From: Candidatus Poribacteria bacterium | Lineage (GTDB): Bacteria > Poribacteria > WGA-4E > WGA-3G | Length of the DNA: 64,000 nt | Direction: 5' to 3' | Assembly (NCBI GenBank): GCA_965242965.1 | Contig: OZ251518.1 | Coordinates: 1,120,001 to 1,184,000, forward strand | Shown: in pieces, positions 40,461 through 50,448 of the stretch | How the letters are laid out: each line of letters opens with the position of its first letter | Numbering within the stretch: position 1 is the first letter of the stretch | Translations under genes and position numbers: made by a program | Notes under the pieces: generated by a model | What the model saw: the letters and a program-made list of their open reading frames with translations, nothing else | What the model was told of the DNA's origin: nothing | The model's database searches: none

Positions 40461-41166
40461 GCGTCTCCGTCTTTTCTGATTTTCGGCGTTCCGTGCGGGC
40501 TTCTGTCAAAACCGAGGCGAGCAGTCCCGATGGAATAGCGATAATCCCCACGCCGACGAGGGCAACTAGTGCGGCAAAGATTTTGCCGCCCACGGTAGTC
40601 GGATAAACATCTCCGTAGCCAATGGTGGTAAGCGTCACGATAGCCCACCACATGGAACTGAAAATCGAACCGAATGCCTCCGGCTGCGTCTCTTTTTCAA
40701 AATAGTAAATGCCGCACGCCGCCAAATAGACAAACATCAGCGACAAAATCACGAGGGCGAAGAGTTCTTTTTTCACGTCATTCAACGCCGTTGTCAACCT
40801 GTCCACCGCGAGAATAAACCGCGTCGCCTTGAGGATTCTGAAGATGCGGAGGAATCTCAAGATGCGGAGCATTCGGAAGTGGGGAAGTAGAAACAGCATG
40901 TCAGGCAAAATAGCCAGCAGATCGATGATGCCGAAGAAGCTGAAAATGAACTTCCGTTTTTCCGGCGCACCCCAAATCCGCAGCAGGTATTCAACCGTAA
41001 ATAGCGCAAGAAACCCGTCGTCGAGAACTTTAAAGTATCGGCCGTACGGGTCCGGCGTAGGCCGCCCAGATTCAAAAGCAAAGACGAAAGCGGATGCGAG
41101 AATCAGCAGCTGAATGAAGAGGCTGAAGCCGTGGCTCTCTATGATGGTTCTGATTTTCTCTTGCAT
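40441..41166 (-). CDS. Voltage-gated-type 6TM potassium channel
   Basis: EYLLR, IDLLAILP, S4 RMLRILRFLRIFRILK, filter TTIGYGD. Confidence 0.9.
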   Translation of the reverse strand: MQEKIRTIIESHGFSLFIQLLILASAFVFAFESGRPTPDPYGRYFKVLDDGFLALFTVEYLLRIWGAPEKRKFIFSFFGIIDLLAILPDMLFLLPHFRMLRILRFLRIFRILKATRFILAVDRLTTALNDVKKELFALVILSLMFVYLAACGIYYFEKETQPEAFGSIFSSMWWAIVTLTTIGYGDVYPTTVGGKIFAALVALVGVGIIAIPSGLLASVLTEARTERRKSEKTETHGKEED

Positions 41167-41228
41167 AGTTTTGTCTGCATACACTATCGGGTGCTTTTGC
41201 GGGTGGCTGTCAGATTGCGTCACCCCTA

Positions 41229-41508
41229 TAGGGCAGGAGCACCTGCTCCTGACCCGTTCGGGATCAGGCACTCCCGAACTACAGAGGTGGACCCGATACC
41301 TTCCGGTAGGAGAGACCGGGAGGGCTCTCCTACCACAGCGCATCGAGACCAGGAGGTCTCTCCTACCGGCAATTCCCCATTTTTCACCGTAGCGCGGGGG
41401 CCTGTCCCCCGCGATCTCCATTGGCAAGTTATGTTTTTAGGTCCTACGGACCTGAAGAGACGTTTTTCCGTAGCGCGAGGCATGGCGAGGGACAGGCCCT
41501 CGCCCTAC
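41229..41508. repeat. REP mosaic between the two channel genes
   Basis: About 6 GTAG hairpins. Confidence 0.8.
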
Positions 41509-41837
41509 TTCATGCTCTCTAGTGTGCGGCGAAAATAGGCATCCAGCGCAATTCCCACCACGCCAATAGTTAATCCAAAGCCAATGAGCGAAACGAGTGC
41601 GGCAAAGATTTTGCCGCCCGGGGTAAGCGGATAAACGTCTTGATAGCCAATGGTGGTGAGCGTCACGATAGCCCACCACATGGAACTGAAAATTGAACCG
41701 AATGCATCCGGCTGCGCCGCCCTTTCAAAATAGTAAATACCACCTGCCAACAGGGAAACACCTATCACCGAGGCGATGACAAGGGCCGCGAGTTTCCTTT
41801 TCATGCTGTATTCTGCGATTCGGGATTTTCTCTTCAT
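41505..41837 (-). CDS. Pore-only 2TM K+ channel-like protein with TTIGYQD filter
   Basis: Near-identical pore helix AFGSIFSSMWWAIVTLTTIGY. Confidence 0.75.
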   Translation of the reverse strand: MKRKSRIAEYSMKRKLAALVIASVIGVSLLAGGIYYFERAAQPDAFGSIFSSMWWAIVTLTTIGYQDVYPLTPGGKIFAALVSLIGFGLTIGVVGIALDAYFRRTLESMK

Positions 41838-41838
41838 A

Positions 41839-42777
41839 TTACCACTTTTTCCGCGTTCTAAGATAGACTCTTAAGACAATTGCCGCCGCATTGACGAGGA
41901 GCACACTGCCCACCAGCACAATCGCCGTCCCGTCCGGGATACCCTCTGTTACATCCGGCACCTGCGTTGAAATGGTGAAAAGATGGAGCGACAACGCCAT
42001 ACACTGCTCGGTGATATTATACGCGAAAACGTCTCCTTCTGCAATAGCTTTATAGAAAACGGCACCGGTGAACATAATCGGCGCGGTTTCCCCTGCGGCG
42101 CGCGACACCTGTAAGATCACCCCGGTCAAAATGCCGCTGATAGAATTCGGGATGACGATGCGGCGGATGGTCTGCCATCGCGTCGCCCCGAGGTTCCAAC
42201 ACGCTTCCCGAAATGCCATCGGCACGGCGTTGAGTGCCTCCTTCGTACTGGCGATGATAACCGGCAGTGTCATAATTGCCAGCGTCAGTGATGCAGCCAG
42301 AATGGATTCGCCTAAGCCGGCGAACAGCACAAACGCGCCGACACCAAACAGCGCGTGCACGATGCTCGGCACACCAGCGAGGTTTACCACGGCGAGGTTC
42401 ACGATGCGCGTAAACCAATTGTCGCGCGCGTATTCGTTGAGGTAAACCGCGGCGAATACGCCGATCGGCGCGGAAACCAGCAGCGATACCACGACGAGAT
42501 AGAGGGTGCCGAGGAAGGGGGCCCAGAGCCCACCGGCGCGCATGTTGTCCTTCGGATTCGTAAACAGAAATTCAAAGGAGAGCACCGGCAGTGCCTTATA
42601 TAGCAGATACCCAATGATTAGGAGCAGCGGCAGAATCATAAAACAGCACATCAGGCAGAAGAAAACCCTCACGCCGTTTTCTGTCCACCGCTTCCGTCTG
42701 CCGATGGCGGTTTCCGTAAATAGGGAGCCGCCATCGGCAGACGCGCCACCCGGTTCCGTGTGTGTATCGGTGTTCAT
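41839..42777 (-). CDS. pstA: Phosphate ABC permease PstA
   Basis: YLNEYA, LAGVPSIV, SRAAGETAP. Confidence 0.93.
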   Translation of the reverse strand: MNTDTHTEPGGASADGGSLFTETAIGRRKRWTENGVRVFFCLMCCFMILPLLLIIGYLLYKALPVLSFEFLFTNPKDNMRAGGLWAPFLGTLYLVVVSLLVSAPIGVFAAVYLNEYARDNWFTRIVNLAVVNLAGVPSIVHALFGVGAFVLFAGLGESILAASLTLAIMTLPVIIASTKEALNAVPMAFREACWNLGATRWQTIRRIVIPNSISGILTGVILQVSRAAGETAPIMFTGAVFYKAIAEGDVFAYNITEQCMALSLHLFTISTQVPDVTEGIPDGTAIVLVGSVLLVNAAAIVLRVYLRTRKKW

Positions 42778-42798
42778 ATTTCCTCAGTAATAGAGAAT

Positions 42799-43704
42799 TT
42801 ACGCCTTGCGAATTCCTTTGATAACTAAATCCGCGATGAGGTTCACCACGAACGTAATCGTAAACAACAGGATGCCAATGATGAAAAGCACCTGATAATG
42901 CTCACTGCCTCTAGCGACTTCGCCTAATTCCGCCGCAATTGTCGCCGTGAGGGTGCGGATCCAAGATAGCGGCCCGTCCGGAATGTTCACGGAATGCCCT
43001 GTCGCCATCAGCACTGCCATTGTTTCACCGATGGAACGCGCCGCGCCGAGCAGCACTGCCGCTAACAACCCGTTTTTCGCCGCCGGTAACAGCACGCGGT
43101 AAATCACCTGCCATCGCGTTGCCCCGAGTGCTTCCGCCGCTTCGCGATAGGAGTCCGGCACCGCTTTCAGCGCATCCTCTGCAATAGAAACGATGATGGG
43201 GACACTCATCAACGCCAGCATGATGCTGCCGTTCAACATCGTCAACCCGATCGGCGCGTTAAACAGTTTGATAATCAACTGATTCATCAACGTCAAACCG
43301 ATAAACCCCCAGACGACAGAAGGGATAGCGGCGAGCAGTTCGATGATAATTTTAAACGTCTCGCGCAGTTTTGGACTACAGAATTCTGAAACGAAGATGG
43401 CCGCGCCAAGTCCAAACGGCACCGCGAGCAGCATCGCCAAGGCGGTAACGCTGAAAGTGCCGAGAATCAGCGCGAACGTGCCATACCGCTTCTGGCTCAG
43501 CGAGGTAGGATACCACTCGGGACTCGTCAAAAACTGCCCCAAATCCAAGCCGCCGAAGAGGAACCCGGCTCCCTCTCGAAACACGAAGAAGAAAATGCCG
43601 AACACGAAAATGATTGCGCTGATGCCGCACAAGCGGATGAACAACTCAATAATAGTCTCAGAAAACGGGACGTTCGCCCCCCTCTTTTTTCCTAGCAGCT
43701 TCAC
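42799..43704 (-). CDS. pstC: Phosphate ABC permease PstC
   Basis: ELLAAIPSVVWG, RSIGETMAVLM, RTLTATIA. Confidence 0.94.
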   Translation of the reverse strand: MKLLGKKRGANVPFSETIIELFIRLCGISAIIFVFGIFFFVFREGAGFLFGGLDLGQFLTSPEWYPTSLSQKRYGTFALILGTFSVTALAMLLAVPFGLGAAIFVSEFCSPKLRETFKIIIELLAAIPSVVWGFIGLTLMNQLIIKLFNAPIGLTMLNGSIMLALMSVPIIVSIAEDALKAVPDSYREAAEALGATRWQVIYRVLLPAAKNGLLAAVLLGAARSIGETMAVLMATGHSVNIPDGPLSWIRTLTATIAAELGEVARGSEHYQVLFIIGILLFTITFVVNLIADLVIKGIRKA

Positions 43705-44600
43705 GGACTACCCTCGCTTTTGAGCGGCACGAAGCCGAGCCTCTCCACAATGTTTTGGCCCGCCGGGGACAAGAGCCAATCGAGATAGATTTTCACCTCA
43801 CCCACCGGTTCACCGAGGGAATACATATACAACGGCCGCGCGATAGGATACGTTTTGTCCAAGACGTTTTGGAGGTTCGGCGCGTAATAACGGGCACCGG
43901 GTTTGACAGCGACATCCAACATTTTGACGTGTTCTGTGGCGTAGCCCATCCCACTATAGCCGATAGCGCACGGCGTGCGTTCCACCACTTCAACGACATC
44001 CTTGGAACCGTGTAAATCCAGTGAACCGAGGGCGAAATCGCGCGCCTTGCCGAGCAACGCCTCCCGGAAATAGAAATAGGTGCCTGAGTTTGACTGCCGG
44101 CTGATGCGGATAATCTTGTCGCTGGGACAAGCCGCATGCACTATGCCGAGGTGGCTCCATTGCATTATCGTGCCGCGCTCACCGTAAATTTCGGCGAGCT
44201 GGGGGATACTAATCCGCTCCAACGGGTTATCAGGATGCACGTAAACCGCAAGCGCATCATACCCAACGATAAATTCCCGCGGGCTCTTGCCGGTATTTTC
44301 GGTAGCCTGCTCCAACTCCTTCGGCTTAATTTGCCGACTACAATTGGCAATATCGACAGTCCCGTTGATGAGTGCGGCAACACCGGTACCGGAACCGCCA
44401 CCTGATACCTCCACAGACGCGGTAGTGCTGACACCGATGTAAGCCTCCGCCCACGCCTGCGCCAGATTCACCATAGTGTCGGAGCCTTTATTTTTGATGA
44501 CTGTCGGCTTGTCTACTCGCGCGGTGCCGGTGGCATCGTCGCGCGGCGCGCATCCAAACGCTGACAAGAGGATAATGAAAATTAAAAACGTTCTTATCAC
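43701..44600 (-). CDS. pstS: Phosphate-binding lipoprotein PstS
   Basis: Lipobox AFGC, GSDTM, GGGSGTG, SNSGT, YPIARPLY. Confidence 0.93.
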   Translation of the reverse strand: MIRTFLIFIILLSAFGCAPRDDATGTARVDKPTVIKNKGSDTMVNLAQAWAEAYIGVSTTASVEVSGGGSGTGVAALINGTVDIANCSRQIKPKELEQATENTGKSPREFIVGYDALAVYVHPDNPLERISIPQLAEIYGERGTIMQWSHLGIVHAACPSDKIIRISRQSNSGTYFYFREALLGKARDFALGSLDLHGSKDVVEVVERTPCAIGYSGMGYATEHVKMLDVAVKPGARYYAPNLQNVLDKTYPIARPLYMYSLGEPVGEVKIYLDWLLSPAGQNIVERLGFVPLKSEGSP

Positions 44601-44647
44601 GAAGTTTGCCTTCCTGGCTGGATTCTGGGGTAATTATAGCATAAATT

Positions 44648-44746
44648 TGTTACAAAGATGAGACAAATGTATGGATTTTTCTCGCTGTTTTCGTAAGTCA
44701 ATATAGTATAACATCTTTTCGACTTTTCTGTCGCATAAATGTGACA
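44648..44746 (-). promoter_or_regulatory. pstS promoter with two Pho-box-like 11-bp-phased direct repeats
   Basis: TGTCACA-ttta-TGCGACA (44746-44729), TATACT (44710-44705), TGTCTCA-tctt-TGTAACA (44665-44648). Confidence 0.6.
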
Positions 44747-44766
44747 AATTTGCGTCTTTCCGAAGA

Positions 44767-45300
44767 ACGTAGCGCGGGGGTTTGTCCTCGCGATGCCTCC
44801 CCGGTAGGAGAGACCTCCCGGTCTCGATTGCTCCCGCGCTACGGTTGGTGAGGCCGTCTCCGTTTACCGTAGGGCGAGGGCCTGTCCCTCGCCATGCCTC
44901 GACCGGAACGAGAAATGGCCTTAGTCTGCGTGCGTTTTTCGCGTAGGTCGAACGATCGCGGGGGACAGGCCCCCGCGCTACGGTATGCAAGGCCGCCTCC
45001 CTTTACCGTAGGGCGAGGGCCTGTCCCTCGCCGTGCCTTGATCGAGAGGAAAACGGCTTTGGTTGGCGTGCGTTTTTCGCGCGGGTCGAACGATCGCGGG
45101 GGCCTGTCCCCCGCGCTACGGTATGCAAGGCCGTCTCCCTTCACCGTAGGGCGAGGGCCTGTCCCTCGCCGTGCCCTGGGGCCCGCGAACGTTCGCGGGG
45201 GATAGGCCCCCGCGCTACGGGCCAGGAAGGGTTCTCCGCAAGGTCCTTCATCGAGATTGTCTGAATCAAGATGGACAAGATTATAGGATTTACAAGATTT
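44767..45300. repeat. REP mosaic with about 139-bp tandem units and 9-bp microrepeats
   Basis: CCGTAGGGCGAGGG recurs near 44867, 45006 and 45144. Confidence 0.85.
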
Positions 45301-45345
45301 GTTTCGCGCCCATCCAAAAAAATATCATTTTTTCCAGAAAAAAAT

Positions 45346-45374
45346 TTGACAAACGGGTGAAAATGTGGTATACT
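45346..45374 (+). promoter_or_regulatory. sigma70-type promoter
   Basis: TTGACA-17 nt-TATACT with extended -10 TG. Confidence 0.8.
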
Positions 45375-46080
45375 ATCATATATCACAATTTTAGTGCGAG
45401 AGTCACCACAACACAATGAAAAGGAGGACGAACGTGAAAACTCAATCGGATCGCATCTCTGCGGATACCTATTTCCGCCTGCGTCATGCGCAACGGCCGC
45501 CCTGGCTGCGCGCCCGAGCCCCGTTCGTCCCCTCCGTTGATGAGGCTCGCCGAACTGTGATAGATACGATTTGCCCCCCCTTGCTATACAGCCGTTAACC
45601 TTTGATAGACTCGGTTGGAATGCCCTTCGGGGGAATAGCCTTACCCTGAATCCTGATACCAAAACCCGCGCGCGTTTCACACGCGTATGTCATTTCGCCT
45701 CGTGCCTGCCACGGGGCTTTTCGCGTTGCATCAACCGATACAACGCCTACCAGTGTTGTTCCGGGGAAAATTCACTCCCCACTAGGGGTATTAAGGGGCA
45801 GGATAACCGTGGGCACCTGCCCACGGTTCCCTGTTTTCTCCGAGAACTCTACCGCCTTCCTTGCTTCTCTCGGAAAGGGAAAAATCAAGACCGGGAGGGC
45901 TCGCCTACCAAGGCTCTATCGCCTTTCTCGCTTCACTGGCGGAAGGACCATGTCAACGAAACAGAAGACAGCGGCGGCACTGCCTCTGTCTAAACTGAAA
46001 TCGATGGGTGCGGTTTCTGCTGCAACCGTTGCAGCGGCACCCATGTTCACTTTATTTTTTTATTTAATGGAGGAAACTTT

Positions 46081-49000
46081 ATGAAAAGGCAATCGTTTTT
46101 ACACTGTCTCTTGGTTTTGATGCTCCTTGCCGGAGCCGTTTCCGTGCCGCGGACAGCAGCACCGGCACCACAGTTCGCCCCCGCTACAGATCCGGAGCGG
46201 TTCCGGTTTCTTGCCCAAGATGGAATAACACCCGTGGACAGCGCACCGCATGCCGGGACTTCCTACTATACGACTGTCCGTAATACCGACGAGTGTGAAG
46301 CGGTGCACAGTCAGCGCGGCATCCCTTACATCGAAGGTTGTCCACACGTGATTGCACCCGGCTACTCCTTCGGGAGCGATATCCGTGACGACGAAAAATT
46401 TCCGGTCGCTTATTGGATAACCGGTGAGAAGATTTATTTCCGCATAAAGTTCACAGAACCTGTGCAAGTGGATCAAACCAATCTTCCAACGGTGCACCTT
46501 GACTTTGACTGGGTGAGACGGGAGAACGAAAACGATCCGACTGCAGATCCGATTACGGCCAGGCTTGTTCCCGGTGAGGGCACCGACAGCGATGCCACGC
46601 GGGACATGCTCACCTTTGTATATACCGTGAAGGAACGCGACGACTGCCTGGGCGATGGGGTCAACGTACCGGCGGATGATAATAACTTCGGGTTCCGGCA
46701 TAATACAGCTGGGGCAATCCAAGACCTTAGCGGCAATGACTTCGATTTTTCTACCACGAACCTGCGCCAGGTGTTTGATATCTACTACAGCGGTAATTAC
46801 ACGTTAGGTGAAGCAGCTTTTAGAGGGATTCGGTTCGGCATTGATACCTATCGCTCAAGCGTAAGAATTACCGGACTGATAATAAGGGCCCCAGCTCTGG
46901 ATGCAACTCACGACGAGAGGGGCGCGCGCAATGACCCCGTCAATTTTGAGGATATCACTCCAAATCTCCTTGGCAAAAAAGGGGTGAGCCCGCACCCGGA
47001 CGATCCGTCCTCTCGTGTAGAAGAATCGACTGTGCAGACAGCTGCGTTTGACATAGAAATCCGCTTTTTCAATTACGGCACTGGCGATGGAGACGGTGTC
47101 TCATCAGACGAGCCGCAGGGGTTTGAAGCCCAGGATATCAAAATTGCTGATGCCAATAGTGGCACGGTGCTGAGTGACTGGGCGGTCTCTCACCCGAAGT
47201 TCATCGGGCAAGACCACCGAGACCCCGGGGATTGGCAGGACTCAAGCGCGGATGGTGCCCTCGGTGATGCCAAGAATTCAGCTGCATTCCTTGTCTACGA
47301 GGCGAGGATTACACCGCCCAACGGGTTTGATGGGACTGTGAACATTTTCCTTGAAGAGGGTGCGACGTTGGACATCGCGGGGAATCTGAGTCTGAAATCG
47401 AATGTCTTCACCGTTCCGGTGCGGACTCCACCGACGGTGCAGGTAGCGCGCCCGGCAGAGGAAACAGGCGTGGTGATTGAGGATTTTGCGGTTGAATTTA
47501 CTTTTGGCCGCGATGTCGTATCGCCGTTTGACACGGAGAAAATCAGCATCACGCAGGCGGATGGAACGGCGTTGAATTGGGAGGTGGCTGTCTCTCAACC
47601 GACATCGCCGAGTGCTACCGTCAGTGCCGTTGTCACGCCTGCCTTCAATTTTGATGGCAAGGTGCACATCACGCTTGAAGCAGGGGCAGTCAAGGAGGCA
47701 GCAGCCGTTGATGATGGGGTAGCAGTCCCAGAATACCTCTCAAACGCCGCCGCCACGGCGGCATTAGTTGTGACAGTTGATACGGTGCCGCCGCGTGTCA
47801 CTGAAACGCCGAAGATTGCCGCGCCGGAGGAAGAGGTTTACACCGCAGGCAATGAACTGACTGTAGAGGTGTCGTTTGACGAGAAGGGTGTCACCTACAC
47901 TGGGGAGAATCCGCCGTATGTGGTGATTTATTTAGGCGAGCGCGTTTTGGCGAATGCGCGGCATGCGACGTGGCAAAGAGGTTCGGAGAGCGATGGTTCA
48001 ACGATTGTTCCGTTTGCGTATCCTATCCAAGCGGGTGATTTTGCGACATCGGTGTCCCTGGATACCAGCGGGATATTGATTCCGCAGGGGACACGGGTGG
48101 TTGATGGCGATGGCAACGAGCTGTTAGGTCAGGCCACGCCGGCGATAGAGCCGGGAGCACCGGTGGACAGGCTGCCGCCAAAGACAGCGCGAGAAGACAC
48201 GCTGACGTTTCCAACAACGCGGCAGGAACCTCCGACGTTCGATCTCTCGGATACACCGGTGTTGTCGGTGATTTACCTTCCGGAAACGTCAGATCCGAAG
48301 TCGCCAGCCTCTGATGTGCCTCGCGAGCCTATCGTTTTCAACGAGCTCGGCAACGGTAGCGGGGATGCAAACGACTGGATAGAGCTCCGCAATGTCGACG
48401 TTTCGGATGTCTCTCTCAAAGACTGGGAGCTCTCTGTCGTCGCCGATGGCAAGAAAGAGGATACATCGCTCATTATGTTTCCCGATGTGCGTGTGCCGGC
48501 GAACGGCTTGTTGCTGATTACCAACATGCCTTCGGACAAAACACCGCTGGCAGGCGGGGAAAATAAGGGGTTATCGCATGCATCGTTGGATAACGCCGGT
48601 CTCTCGCTGCCCGATGATGGCAAGTTCCTTCTCATTCTCCGCAATGCGAAAGACAAACTCGGTTTGGACGAAGCGTTCGTGGATGTCGCCGGGGGCGGCG
48701 GCAGTGACACCGATGCGTTCATCCGCGAACAGACAGGGCTGTATGATACGCATGTCTGGCCCTTGCAAGTGTTGCAAGCACCCGGTGGCGATACCGAGGA
48801 TGCGCTCAGTTCAGGCAAGGTCTGGCAGCGCGCCAAAGCGGATATCGTCGGGTATCATAAAGATGCCTGGGCGGAAGCCGCCTTCACCGGTATCGGCTAT
48901 GACAGGAAAGTGACAGTGTCTCCGGCGACATCTGGCACGCCGGGGTATCCGAATGGCGCGGTGAAAACGGAAGCGGCTACGCCGAAAGGTGCAGTCACCA

Positions 49001-49980
49001 TTAGCGAACTCATGTTGGATTCGGGTGGTGGCACGCTGCCGCAGTGGATAGAGCTCTACAATGCGTCTAAAACGGAAGCACTGAATCTGAATCGGTGGCA
49101 GTTGGAGATTCAGAATGAAAAATCCGAAGACCTCGTCGGCCGCCCGATTGTGACGTTGACATTGCAGGAGAAGGTGATTCAACCGAATCAGACGCTGTTG
49201 ATAGTGGCAGGCGATGCGCGCGCTTCGTCGGCGGGTGTTTTCCCGGCAGATAGGGTTTACAACCTGCTTGACTTGCACGAGAAGAATCTGCGCATTAAAA
49301 CCGCGCGGGATACGTTCTTGAGTACCGATGCATTCTATCTGAAACTCACCGATAGAAATGGGAATTTGGTAGACGAAGTCGGTAACACCGATGGCAATCG
49401 TCGCACCGATGATGCGCCGTCGTGGGCGGTGCCGGTGCGCGGTTTGGAAGATGCGCGGAGTTCGCTCGTCCGTCGCTATGTGAAAGGCGTAGCGGAGAAG
49501 GGGACAAGACGTTCCGGGTGGGCTTTTGCGGCATATTTCAAGCAATTTAAAGTGGAATCGTTGCATTATGGCCATGCCGATGACATCGGCACGCCGGGAT
49601 ATCGGCAAGGCGGTGCCTTGCCCGTCGAATTGTCAAGTTTCTCCGTGACGCGCACCGATGCAGGTCCGGTTGTCGTGACTTGGATAACCGAATCTGAGGT
49701 AGACAACGCCGGTTTCAACCTCCGTCGCAGCGAGAGACGCGATAGTGGATTTACGTTGTTGAATCCAGTGCTCATCGCCGGTGCCGGCACTACCGGTGAG
49801 CGTCAAACTTACACGTTCACCGATACGTCCGCGAAGCCTGGGGTCGAATACTATTATCAAATCGAAGAGGTTTCGTTAGGTGGGCGGCCGGAGGTGTTGC
49901 GGACACGTTACTTACCGGGTCCCGTTTCGCCGGCGAATCGTTCGTTGACAACGTTTGGTGAAGTGAAGCAGCGGGAGTAA
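46081..49980 (+). CDS. Large secreted protein: Ig-like domains, two lamin-tail domains and C-terminal module
   Basis: SD GGAGG, signal peptide, DIAGN/DTVPP Ig-like motifs, LTD motifs, LPVELSSF. Confidence 0.85.
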   Translation: MKRQSFLHCLLVLMLLAGAVSVPRTAAPAPQFAPATDPERFRFLAQDGITPVDSAPHAGTSYYTTVRNTDECEAVHSQRGIPYIEGCPHVIAPGYSFGSDIRDDEKFPVAYWITGEKIYFRIKFTEPVQVDQTNLPTVHLDFDWVRRENENDPTADPITARLVPGEGTDSDATRDMLTFVYTVKERDDCLGDGVNVPADDNNFGFRHNTAGAIQDLSGNDFDFSTTNLRQVFDIYYSGNYTLGEAAFRGIRFGIDTYRSSVRITGLIIRAPALDATHDERGARNDPVNFEDITPNLLGKKGVSPHPDDPSSRVEESTVQTAAFDIEIRFFNYGTGDGDGVSSDEPQGFEAQDIKIADANSGTVLSDWAVSHPKFIGQDHRDPGDWQDSSADGALGDAKNSAAFLVYEARITPPNGFDGTVNIFLEEGATLDIAGNLSLKSNVFTVPVRTPPTVQVARPAEETGVVIEDFAVEFTFGRDVVSPFDTEKISITQADGTALNWEVAVSQPTSPSATVSAVVTPAFNFDGKVHITLEAGAVKEAAAVDDGVAVPEYLSNAAATAALVVTVDTVPPRVTETPKIAAPEEEVYTAGNELTVEVSFDEKGVTYTGENPPYVVIYLGERVLANARHATWQRGSESDGSTIVPFAYPIQAGDFATSVSLDTSGILIPQGTRVVDGDGNELLGQATPAIEPGAPVDRLPPKTAREDTLTFPTTRQEPPTFDLSDTPVLSVIYLPETSDPKSPASDVPREPIVFNELGNGSGDANDWIELRNVDVSDVSLKDWELSVVADGKKEDTSLIMFPDVRVPANGLLLITNMPSDKTPLAGGENKGLSHASLDNAGLSLPDDGKFLLILRNAKDKLGLDEAFVDVAGGGGSDTDAFIREQTGLYDTHVWPLQVLQAPGGDTEDALSSGKVWQRAKADIVGYHKDAWAEAAFTGIGYDRKVTVSPATSGTPGYPNGAVKTEAATPKGAVTISELMLDSGGGTLPQWIELYNASKTEALNLNRWQLEIQNEKSEDLVGRPIVTLTLQEKVIQPNQTLLIVAGDARASSAGVFPADRVYNLLDLHEKNLRIKTARDTFLSTDAFYLKLTDRNGNLVDEVGNTDGNRRTDDAPSWAVPVRGLEDARSSLVRRYVKGVAEKGTRRSGWAFAAYFKQFKVESLHYGHADDIGTPGYRQGGALPVELSSFSVTRTDAGPVVVTWITESEVDNAGFNLRRSERRDSGFTLLNPVLIAGAGTTGERQTYTFTDTSAKPGVEYYYQIEEVSLGGRPEVLRTRYLPGPVSPANRSLTTFGEVKQRE

Positions 49981-49994
49981 TTCTCGCGCTGTTA

Positions 49995-50345
49995 TCGTAG
50001 CGCGGGGGCCTGTCCCCCGCGTTTTTTTCGTCATGGCCCGTAGCGCGGGGGCCTGTCCCCCGCGCTACGATAAAAAAAGCGTGCCGTTTACCGTAGGGCG
50101 AGGGCCTGTCCCTCGCCATGCATCGATCGGGGAAACGGTTTTGGTTGGCGTGCGTTTTTCGCGCGGGTCGGGCGATCGCGGGGGACAGGCCCCCGCGCTA
50201 CGGTAGATGAGGCTGCCTCGCGCTTGCCCCGTTCGGGAGCAGGTGCTCCCGAACTACAGTCACCCCTAATCGTGATAATCGTGATAATCGTGATAATCCT
50301 GCTCCTGCTTGGCTTGGCGAGGGACAGGCCCTCGCCCTACGGTGA
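49995..50345. repeat. REP mosaic with (GATAATCGT)n
   Basis: Shares modules with 1961-2524. Confidence 0.85.
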
Positions 50346-50448
50346 AAGGCACCGTTCTTATGGATACCGTCTCACCATCCCGAAAAACTTGATTTGAAAA
50401 ATGAATTATGGTAAAATTATAGAAACCAATGAGAGAAAGGAGACAACT

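Noticed and set aside
44767-45240. CRISPR-like look of recurring palindromes
   Set aside because: Mixed repeat types and orientations, non-unique spacers, irregular period and no cas genes
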